A stretch of 64,000 nt of DNA from an uncultured delta proteobacterium (GTDB lineage: Bacteria > Desulfobacterota > Binatia > Binatales > Binataceae). The translations under genes and the position numbers were made by a program. The stretch covers positions 1,792,001-1,856,000 of the forward strand of contig CAWJET010000001.1 in NCBI GenBank assembly GCA_963842085.1, read 5' to 3'. The notes under the pieces are model-generated. The model worked only from the letters and a program-made list of their open reading frames with translations. It did not search any database and had not been told where the DNA came from. Within the stretch, counting starts at the first letter, position 1, and each line of letters opens with the position of its first letter. This document shows, in pieces, positions 23,044-30,907 of this stretch.

Positions 23044-24729
23044 CTACTTACTTGCCGCGGGCACCGGCGTCCGCTGATGCGCGAGGAAGCGCGCGATGTC
23101 CTCGATCTCGGTGTGGGTCAGCTTGCCCTTCGGCTCCAGGAACGAAGGCATCTTGCTCTGCGAGAAGATCGCCTTGGGATCCTCGATGTAGCGGTGGATG
23201 AACGAAACCGACCGCACCAGCCCAATTCCGCTCAGGTCGGGTCCTTCGGCGCCGCCGTGGCCTGCCACGGTGTGGCACTTGCCGCAGTTTCGGTAGAACA
23301 GCCGGGGCGCCTTGTCGCTATAAGGCCCGCCACCCTGCAATTCCTCAATGTAGTCGAACAGGTCCGCGCCTTCCTCCGGCAACAATCCGGTCATTGCGGT
23401 GCGCATACCGGGCCGCACCACTTGGCCGGGCTGCTCGAGATGGGACAGTATCCAGACTTTGTCGTGCTTGAGCGGATCCAGCATCAGGTCGGGCCCGATG
23501 TTGGCCCCGCGGCCATTGACGCTGTGGCAGTATGCGCAATTCAGCGCGTGAAAGAGCCGGTGACCCTCGGCGACGGTCGGCAGTTCCGGCACATATGGGT
23601 TGAGTAGCGGCGACTGCGCGCCGATCACGGTCAACGCAATCACACCAACCAGCGCGGAGATACCGAAGGCGACGGCAATCGGACGGTCGAGCGGATGTTG
23701 GCGCATCCGCCGATCGAAGAAAGGCACTGCCAGGAGGATCAGCAATGCGATCCCCGGCAGCCCGACTGCCGCAACCGATTCCAGGCTTCCGGGAAAATAC
23801 TTGAGCGCCTGAAACAGGAACAGGAAGTACCAGTCGGGCCGCGGATTGAAGCTGATGCTGGCGGGGTCGGCCATCTCGCCGATCTCGACCGGATATCTCC
23901 AGGCCAGAAAGGCCACCACAAGAAACGCAATCACGACCGCGACTACGTCCTTGGCCAGGTAGAACGGATAGAACGATTCGCCTGCCTCTTTGCGGCGATG
24001 GTATTCCTCGTCCGCCATCCGCCGCTGGGTTTCGATGTCCAGGTTGTCGTATTCGGGATGATGCGAGGGCGGCGCCGAAATGCCCTGCCGCACGACCATG
24101 AAAAGATGCGCCGACACGAAAACGATAAGCGCCGCCGGCAGCATCAGCACGTGCATTGCGTAGAAGCGGGACAACGTCTGTGGGCCGACTTCGCTGCCGC
24201 CGCGGAAGAAGCGCACGATGTACTGTCCTATCATCGGGGTTGCGCCCGCGATGTTGGTGCCGACCACGGTCGCCCAGTACGCTTTCTGGTTCCAGGGCAG
24301 CAGGTATCCGGTGAACCCGAACAGCATCACGACCAGGAACAGGACGACGCCGGTAACCCAGGTTGTCTCGCGCGGATACTTGTAGCTGCCCGAGAGAAAC
24401 GTGGTCAGCATATGCGCGCCGATCACCACCACCATCGCGCTTGCGCCCCAAAAGTGAAGCCCGCGGATGAACCAGCCCAGGAAAGCGCGCGTCGAGATGT
24501 AACGCGCGGCGTCGTAGGCGTGATCGGGGCTGGCCACATAGTTCATCGCCAGCATCATCCCGGTCACTGCTTGCAGGATAAAAAAGAACAGCAGAATGCT
24601 GCCGAGCGTGTAGATCCACTCGACCAGCGGGCTGCTTTTCGGAATATTGCGATCGAACAGCGCCTGCCGGATGGTGCGCGTGCCGAGGCGCTCGTCAAAC
24701 CACTTGCTTAATCGGGGTCGGGACCACAT
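23044..24729 (-). CDS. qcrB: Cytochrome b (b6 + subunit IV type) fused to two class I cytochrome c domains
   Basis: H-x13-H and H-x14-H heme b ligands, GYLLPW.Q.AYWA, PDWYFLF Qo motif, then CAYCH and CGKCH heme c motifs with GPDL and distal Met (SKMP). Confidence 0.93.
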   Translation of the reverse strand: MWSRPRLSKWFDERLGTRTIRQALFDRNIPKSSPLVEWIYTLGSILLFFFILQAVTGMMLAMNYVASPDHAYDAARYISTRAFLGWFIRGLHFWGASAMVVVIGAHMLTTFLSGSYKYPRETTWVTGVVLFLVVMLFGFTGYLLPWNQKAYWATVVGTNIAGATPMIGQYIVRFFRGGSEVGPQTLSRFYAMHVLMLPAALIVFVSAHLFMVVRQGISAPPSHHPEYDNLDIETQRRMADEEYHRRKEAGESFYPFYLAKDVVAVVIAFLVVAFLAWRYPVEIGEMADPASISFNPRPDWYFLFLFQALKYFPGSLESVAAVGLPGIALLILLAVPFFDRRMRQHPLDRPIAVAFGISALVGVIALTVIGAQSPLLNPYVPELPTVAEGHRLFHALNCAYCHSVNGRGANIGPDLMLDPLKHDKVWILSHLEQPGQVVRPGMRTAMTGLLPEEGADLFDYIEELQGGGPYSDKAPRLFYRNCGKCHTVAGHGGAEGPDLSGIGLVRSVSFIHRYIEDPKAIFSQSKMPSFLEPKGKLTHTEIEDIARFLAHQRTPVPAASK

Positions 24730-25228
24730 AAAGGAAGCCCTCGCGGACCTCAGTCGCGTAAATGTCCAGCGGACGCGGGGGAGGACCGCTGACCACCTTC
24801 CCGGTCATGCTGAACACGCCGGCATGGCACGGACAGAAGAACTGCTTGGCCTGCTCGACCCATCGGTAGGCGCATCCCAGGTGGGTGCAATGCGGATCGA
24901 ACGCGAGGATTTTGTCCGGCAGCCGCACCACCCACGCCGTCACCTGCGAATCGTCCGTCTCCCATCCCTCGACCACGCGCCGGGCGACCTCGAGCCGCTG
25001 GGGAAAGTTGAGCGGAAGGTCGTCGACCTTTCCTACCCGCACCCAATCTTTGGCTTTGGGCGCGCCAAACAGCGGACCGATGAGATAAGTCAGGATGGGC
25101 GCCGCGATGCCGACGGTGACCAATCCGACGCCGGACCAGAACACCCGCGCCAGAAACCGCCGCCGTGATCCGTTCCCTACCTCGCCGGCCGCAACCTCGG
25201 CGGTGTCTGCACCATCACCCGGGGACAT
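24695..25228 (-). CDS. qcrA: Rieske [2Fe-2S] subunit of a quinol:cytochrome c oxidoreductase
   Basis: Tat motif SRRRFL plus TM helix; CTHLGC and CPCH boxes; GPPPRPL. Confidence 0.93.
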   Translation of the reverse strand: MSPGDGADTAEVAAGEVGNGSRRRFLARVFWSGVGLVTVGIAAPILTYLIGPLFGAPKAKDWVRVGKVDDLPLNFPQRLEVARRVVEGWETDDSQVTAWVVRLPDKILAFDPHCTHLGCAYRWVEQAKQFFCPCHAGVFSMTGKVVSGPPPRPLDIYATEVREGFLYVVPTPIKQVV

Positions 25229-25242
25229 GGCTTGCAGCGCTT

Positions 25243-25647
25243 TTACTTGTTGCAGAAGCTGCGGACGTAGGCGACCAGCCCGCGAATCTCGTCGTCGTCG
25301 TAGGCCTTGCCGAAATCTCCCATGTCCTTGCTTTTGCCCACTGACTTGCCGCCGTTCTTGATGACGTTAAAAAGATAATCGTCGGTGTATTTGGACATCG
25401 CCGCGCAATCCGTGTAGTTGGCGGGCTTGGCGCCCTTCAGCTCGGCGGCCTTGGGTCCGTCGCCTTTGCCCGACTGACCGTGGCAGTCGGCGCACGAATC
25501 CGCATAATTGCTGGCCGCGGCCTTCAGATCGACCGCGGCGGCGCGGGCTGTGCTCGAAATCAAGGCGAGCGCTGCAACCGCCGGTATGGCCGACGCGGTC
25601 CAAATCCACAGTCTCGATCGAATCCTGGTTCTCAAACTCTCAGACAT
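25243..25647 (-). CDS. Periplasmic monoheme cytochrome c (MtoD-like position)
   Basis: GGAGG RBS, signal peptide ending ARA, CADCHG..GKGDGP, IKNGG, distal Met (SKDMGDF). Confidence 0.9.
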   Translation of the reverse strand: MSESLRTRIRSRLWIWTASAIPAVAALALISSTARAAAVDLKAAASNYADSCADCHGQSGKGDGPKAAELKGAKPANYTDCAAMSKYTDDYLFNVIKNGGKSVGKSKDMGDFGKAYDDDEIRGLVAYVRSFCNK

Positions 25648-25770
25648 GGCTCCTCCGATTCCCTCTATTCCCTTCCTGACACCTGGTTCGCGGGCCGGGT
25701 CGCGGTGGAAGGTGGTCGTTCGTTGTTTGCCCCGGCCTCTCGCTGTTCGCAAATATATACCAACCTCCGA

Positions 25771-28023
25771 CTAAAATTTGTATTTCAGGGTTATGAATCC
25801 GACATTGGCGTCGTAGGGAGACCAGTCACTGTTGCCGAGGAATGTCGAGTTTGGGCTGGCATGCGGCATGTAGTTCTGGACTTGATCCGTCATGAAATTG
25901 TGTTCGCCGAAGTTGCTGAAGTAGTAGCCGATGTTGATCGCGAAGTTGTCGCGCAAATCGTACTCGTACTGAATCATCAAGTCGTGCAACCTGGTGCCGG
26001 TATCGGGATAGTCGATCGCCGGCGTTGACGACGCAGTATCTCCCGACTGGTGGATGCTGCTGTTGCCAACCGTGTACGTGTACTGGAGTTTCAGGTGCGA
26101 CGGCCTGAGCAAAAAACGATTCTGCGGTATCGCGATGTCCATGCCGACATCAATATTGTTGCCCTGATTGCGGCCCACGGCCGTCCAAACCGACGTTTTC
26201 CCCGGCGGTGGCGGCGGCGCAGGGATCGTGCTTTCGTCAAGTGACCGTGTGTTCCAATCGTACGCCTGCCATTCGTAGTCGCCAAAGACGTGCACGCCCG
26301 GCAGTGGATCCCAACTGGCCCCTACCGACGGTGAATAGCTTGAAGTGTGCTGCAGGCCGAAATCGGTGGACGGGTAGTTATAGTCGTCGTAGTTGAAGGC
26401 CGCGAACATCGTCAGGTGTTCGATCGGCTGCACGGAGGCGTAGAGCGAAGTCTGGTTCACATCGAGCGTGGCCTCGTCGAACCGCCGCAGGTCCTGCAGC
26501 TCCTCGATATCTCCCGGGGTCCCGCCGAGCACCTCGACCAGGCTGGCGCGGTTGTTGTTGTATCCCGGCGAGTCGCGATGCGCGTGCTGGTAATCGGCGC
26601 GGAAATTCAGCCACGGGTATGGGTTCCAATCGAGCGCTGGTCCATAGCTGGTTTGATCCTGCTGCAGTACCATCAGCCCGCCGTTGTGGTTGGTCTGCCA
26701 CTCGAAATTAAAGTGCGCGGCGAGAGTATCGGTCACGCGGTAGGTTGGCTCGATGCTGACGTCCTGCTCCGAGAAAGCAAAGGGATAAGCGGTGAAAGGA
26801 GTCTGCGCGCTCGCCACGTCATTCAGCGACTTGACGCCGGTGAAGGTGATCGCCGGCGTCAGGTTGTCGTAATCGAAATAGGAATAGGTTGCGGTTAGAT
26901 TCAGCCGTTCGATCGGATTGCTGTCGATCGTGAAGTTGGCGAAGAAAGGTTGCACGTCGCCGCCAAGGCTATTGGGCGCTCCGACCGAACTTAATGACTG
27001 CTGCAGCTTGCTGTTGCTGGTAAGCGGGATGAAGGGCGAGTTCTGCAGCCAGAATCCGTACTCCAGGCTGCCCATTACGTGCGTGTTGTATGGGAGCTGA
27101 CCTGCTCCGTTCACGATGAAGTTGTGCGCCTGGTTGTTCGGGTACATCGCCGCTCGTCCCTGGCAGGGGCCGGTAAGCGACGTGGAACTGAAGCTGATGG
27201 AATCAACGCAGTTACTGCCAACTCCGCTGGTATTGAGGGGATTGTCCCAGGTCAGGGTGGAGTAGTCGTCAACGAAGAAGGATCCCTGGTACTGGAATCC
27301 GAGCATCCATCCGTTTTTCGCGTATTCTGCGCCCGCGCCGAAGTTATAGGTGTAGTACTGCGTTGGCACCCAGAGTTCATTCACTTTGAAAGTACCCGGG
27401 CTGCTGCCAAACATAAAGCTGCCGCCGAAAGGCTGTTGGCCGGTGGGGTTCTGATAATCCAGGTTCGCACTGAAGCTCAGCGACGGCGTCGGCGTATAGC
27501 GCAGGTTGATGTCCGCGATACCTTCGAGCAGGCTCATGTCGAACGGCTGGCCGTTCGCTTCCAGCCAGGAATGGAGAGCGGCGCCGGTACCAGTGGGCTT
27601 CGAGGATAGAGTGAAGCTGCCGCCGTTTTCGTCGTACGGCGTGCTCGCGACGTGGTCGCTGAAGAAGTGCGGAATCTCGATGAATTTTACCTGAACATCG
27701 AGCAGACCGTACTCGCCGAAGCGCAGCGAGTACATCTGGTTTTTTTGCCCGACGTTGACGCCATCGAACTGGACGTAGTAGTTCTCGGCCTTGTCGCCCA
27801 GGATCAACTGGAGTTTCGGGGCGATGAACTGCTGCGCAAGATCGCGGTACTCCTGATACTTCGCGGCGACGTCGTCATAAGGAACCGGCTGGGGAATGGC
27901 GCCCGCCTCGACCGAACCCTGCGCTGTGTATTGCCCGAGATCGACCTGTGCCAGTGCCGGCGAAAGCATTGACAGCACCAGCGCCACCGTTCCGTACCCG
28001 GCGAATAACCGCTTCAGGTTCAT
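25771..28023 (-). CDS. mtrB: MtrB/PioB/MtoB family outer-membrane beta-barrel porin
   Basis: Signal peptide, AKYQEYRDL, TLTWDNP, P.N.AH, LRRFDEA, C-terminal LKYKF; 750 aa; directly downstream of the decaheme cytochrome. Confidence 0.9.
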   Translation of the reverse strand: MNLKRLFAGYGTVALVLSMLSPALAQVDLGQYTAQGSVEAGAIPQPVPYDDVAAKYQEYRDLAQQFIAPKLQLILGDKAENYYVQFDGVNVGQKNQMYSLRFGEYGLLDVQVKFIEIPHFFSDHVASTPYDENGGSFTLSSKPTGTGAALHSWLEANGQPFDMSLLEGIADINLRYTPTPSLSFSANLDYQNPTGQQPFGGSFMFGSSPGTFKVNELWVPTQYYTYNFGAGAEYAKNGWMLGFQYQGSFFVDDYSTLTWDNPLNTSGVGSNCVDSISFSSTSLTGPCQGRAAMYPNNQAHNFIVNGAGQLPYNTHVMGSLEYGFWLQNSPFIPLTSNSKLQQSLSSVGAPNSLGGDVQPFFANFTIDSNPIERLNLTATYSYFDYDNLTPAITFTGVKSLNDVASAQTPFTAYPFAFSEQDVSIEPTYRVTDTLAAHFNFEWQTNHNGGLMVLQQDQTSYGPALDWNPYPWLNFRADYQHAHRDSPGYNNNRASLVEVLGGTPGDIEELQDLRRFDEATLDVNQTSLYASVQPIEHLTMFAAFNYDDYNYPSTDFGLQHTSSYSPSVGASWDPLPGVHVFGDYEWQAYDWNTRSLDESTIPAPPPPPGKTSVWTAVGRNQGNNIDVGMDIAIPQNRFLLRPSHLKLQYTYTVGNSSIHQSGDTASSTPAIDYPDTGTRLHDLMIQYEYDLRDNFAINIGYYFSNFGEHNFMTDQVQNYMPHASPNSTFLGNSDWSPYDANVGFITLKYKF

Positions 28024-28095
28024 TACCTTCCCTCCCGAGAGGCCGCAAAACCGCGGTGCGGCCCAGCGATGCCGTGCCTTCGTCTGCTTCCCGCA

Positions 28096-29133
28096 TCAGC
28101 GCGTGAAATATCTCCCGCCCGGCGAGTTGGAGCCGTGTATCTGCGAATGGCAATTGGTGCATTGCTGGTTGATAACGAAAATTTGTCCCCTCGCATGGGG
28201 CGAACTTGGATGATGGGTGCCGATGTGGCAGCGCTGGCAGAGCAGCGGCATGTTGATTACCAGCATGTGCTGGTTGACGCTGCCGTGCGGCAGATGGCAG
28301 TTCAGGCAGTTCATCGCCACCGGCGCGTGCATCCACAGGAACGGCCCGCGCTTTTCGGCATGACAGCGGTAGCAGACCTCATTGACCATCGCCGCCCGCA
28401 ATTGATGCTGGTAGGGTCCGCCGTGCGGATTGTGGCAGTCGGTGCAGGTCATCGACCCTTCGCGCAACGGCATGTGCGAGGGCAAATTGATTTCCATCTT
28501 CTTGTCCATATGGCAGCGGAGGCAGACCTGGGTTTCGGGGCGCGTCACGATGAATGGATTGATGAATTCCGTGCCCAGCGGTGACTTCTTGAGTTGCGGC
28601 TCCGGCAGCGCACTCGCCGTCACCGGACACATCACGGCGTGGCAATCGACGCATCGGATGCCGCGGGTGGCGTGTGGACTGACGTCCCAGAACGCACGCT
28701 CGCCGTTCTGATGGCATTCGAGGCAGCGTTCGTTCTCAATCTTGATGTCAGTGAAGGAGGTCTCTTGAAAATTCAGAAATCCCGGCGCCGGCTTGTGCGG
28801 ATGGCGTATGTGCTCGCGGCCGGGACCATGACAGGACTGGCAGGCGAGGCCCTCCTGCTCGTCGCGCGGCCGGCCCAGCATGAGATGGCCCATCATTGTC
28901 TGCCGGAAGGACTTGACCTGTACATCATGGCAACTGGTGCAGGTCGAATTATCGACGTAGCCGCGCGGCAGGGTGGCCCCCGATGCCGTCGCTTGGGAAG
29001 GCAGGGTGCCGTCCGCGCCGATTGCCGGGGTGGATGAACTCAGGGAGGCGATTCCAAACGCGAGCAACGCCACGAAAACACCCGCCCAAAATTTTCGCGG
29101 ACCGCGTTCCCCCTCCATCCTGGTGTCCTCCAT
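28096..29133 (-). CDS. mtrA: DmsE/MtrA/MtoA family periplasmic decaheme cytochrome c
   Basis: Ten CxxCH motifs (CTSCH, CQSCH, CLECH, CVDCH, CLRCH, CTDCH, CYRCH, CLNCH, CQRCH, CTNCH); hallmark CHAEKRGPFLW.H.PV and CHSQIHGSNSP.G..F.R; Sec signal. Confidence 0.95.
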   Translation of the reverse strand: MEDTRMEGERGPRKFWAGVFVALLAFGIASLSSSTPAIGADGTLPSQATASGATLPRGYVDNSTCTSCHDVQVKSFRQTMMGHLMLGRPRDEQEGLACQSCHGPGREHIRHPHKPAPGFLNFQETSFTDIKIENERCLECHQNGERAFWDVSPHATRGIRCVDCHAVMCPVTASALPEPQLKKSPLGTEFINPFIVTRPETQVCLRCHMDKKMEINLPSHMPLREGSMTCTDCHNPHGGPYQHQLRAAMVNEVCYRCHAEKRGPFLWMHAPVAMNCLNCHLPHGSVNQHMLVINMPLLCQRCHIGTHHPSSPHARGQIFVINQQCTNCHSQIHGSNSPGGRYFTR

Positions 29134-29448
29134 TTCGGGCGCCAGCCGTTGGCGCCCGTTCGGCAGCTTACCGCCGGCGCTTACACGTGCTCCTCACAGC
29201 GACGAATGTAGTCGAAACTGTCGAGCGGCAGGCGTAGCTCCCGGTCCGCCTTCGCCTCGATGGTCCCTAGGCTCGATCGCATACCTTCCCCCGCGTTCTC
29301 GAACTCGCCCCTCACTGGTCCGAGAATCCGACTGTGCCCCGATCGGAACTGAATCCAAGTAGCCCAGACGGTCTGCCTTTGCAAGGTTCCAAGTGGGTTT
29401 GGTAGTGTCCCCGGACAAATGCATGCGCGCAAGACAAAGAGGGCGGTG

Positions 29449-30198
29449 ATGGGCAAAGTGGCCGGCAAGGTCGGGACGTGGATTTGCGTTATCCTGGTTG
29501 CGGCTATTTCCGCTTCCTGGGCCGCGGAACTCCCGAAGGCCGACAGTGTCGGCGGCACGATCGAAGGATTCGTCCGAATCGAGGGCGAGGTGCCGAAACT
29601 GGCGCCGCTCGACGTCAACAAGGACACGGACATCTGCAAAGACGTGCCCAACGAAACGCTGGTCGTTGGCCCGGGCAAGGGCGTGCAATACACGGTGGTC
29701 ACTATCGAGGGGTTGGTGAAGGCGCCGGAACCAGGAGGCGGCGATCAGGTCTCCACCGTAAACCGGCTCGACAACAAGGGCTGCCGGTTCGTGCCACATG
29801 TGCTCGCGATGGAGGTGAATCAATTTCTCGAGATCGACAATAGCGATCCGATTCTGCACGCCACGCACGCCCTGTTCCATGAGGGGCAGCCGCAATTCAA
29901 CGTGGGTCTATATCCCGGAAGAATCGTTCGCAAACCGATTGTAACGCCAGGCCCGGTGAAGATGATTTGCGAAGTGCATCCGTGGATGAGTGCCTACGTC
30001 TACGTCACGCAGAACCCGTACCACGCTGTTACCGACATCTATGGAAGGTATGAGATTCGCGGCGTACCGCCAGGCACCTACCGACTCAAGGCCTGGCATG
30101 AACGTCTGGGTATGCAGGAGCAAAAGGTCGTAGTCACAGAGGGCAAGACGACCGAGGCGACCTTCACCTTCAAGCCCGACGTGAGTGCGAGCCGATGA
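29449..30198 (+). CDS. Secreted cupredoxin-like protein with carboxypeptidase-regulatory-like (Cna-B/transthyretin-like) flanks
   Basis: Signal peptide; GCRFVPHV, N.DPILHATH, CEVHPWM (candidate H/C/H/M type-1 Cu set); VPPGTY...WHE.LG. Confidence 0.8.
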   Translation: MGKVAGKVGTWICVILVAAISASWAAELPKADSVGGTIEGFVRIEGEVPKLAPLDVNKDTDICKDVPNETLVVGPGKGVQYTVVTIEGLVKAPEPGGGDQVSTVNRLDNKGCRFVPHVLAMEVNQFLEIDNSDPILHATHALFHEGQPQFNVGLYPGRIVRKPIVTPGPVKMICEVHPWMSAYVYVTQNPYHAVTDIYGRYEIRGVPPGTYRLKAWHERLGMQEQKVVVTEGKTTEATFTFKPDVSASR

Positions 30199-30818
30199 GA
30201 ATCATTTCCGCGCTGTTGGCTGCCGCTCTGTTGATTGGCGGCAACGTCGCCGCACTGGCTGCGGGTCCGGATTCAAATTCGGGAGCCGTTGTCGGTACCG
30301 TCACTGTTAACGGACAGCCGACCTCGGATGTCGTCGTTTCCGTCGAGGGGTTGCCGCCGCCTGGCAATGAAAAAAGCCCGAACCCGGCGGCACCTCCACC
30401 GCAAGCGACGATGGCTCAACAGGATCTGAAATTCGTTCCTCACGTTCTGCCTATCCTGGTCGGAACGACGGTAGCATTTCCAAACAACGATCAGGTTTGG
30501 CACAACGTCTACTCGGACTCCAAGGTCAAGAAGTTCGACTTGGGCCTGTACGGTCCGGGCAAGAGCAAGTCAGTAATCTTCGACACGCCGGGTGTCGTGC
30601 GAATCCGCTGCAACGTTCATCCGGCCATGGAGGCTTACATCGTTGTCGAGGCTCAACCGAATTTCGCTTCTCCCGATGCGCAAGGCAACTACAAATTCGT
30701 GGGGTTACCGCTAGGCACCTACCACCTTCAGGTCTGGCATCCGTCGCTTGGCGTCAAGACGGAGTCATTCACGCTGGAGCGGGCTGGCGAGGTGCAGCAG
30801 ATAGACGTCAATTTCTAA
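30195..30818 (+). CDS. Secreted plastocyanin-like cupredoxin with carboxypeptidase-regulatory-like domain
   Basis: ATGA-coupled; signal peptide; FVPHVL, FPN.D..WHNVYS, CNVHPAM. Confidence 0.82.
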   Translation: MRIISALLAAALLIGGNVAALAAGPDSNSGAVVGTVTVNGQPTSDVVVSVEGLPPPGNEKSPNPAAPPPQATMAQQDLKFVPHVLPILVGTTVAFPNNDQVWHNVYSDSKVKKFDLGLYGPGKSKSVIFDTPGVVRIRCNVHPAMEAYIVVEAQPNFASPDAQGNYKFVGLPLGTYHLQVWHPSLGVKTESFTLERAGEVQQIDVNF

Positions 30819-30907
30819 TCGGGAAGAGCGCGGAGTTGGGCAAGGCTGCAGCGCTTTGAATCGTTCGGCGCGGTAGCTATGGCTTCTCAAGACTTGATCG
30901 GCGCGGA

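Noticed and set aside
28096-29133. Calling the decaheme PioA or part of a DMSO reductase (dmsEFAB) system
   Set aside because: No long PioA-type N-terminal extension and no DMSO-reductase-family subunits adjacent; the nearby Mo enzyme is xanthine-oxidase family with no export signal.
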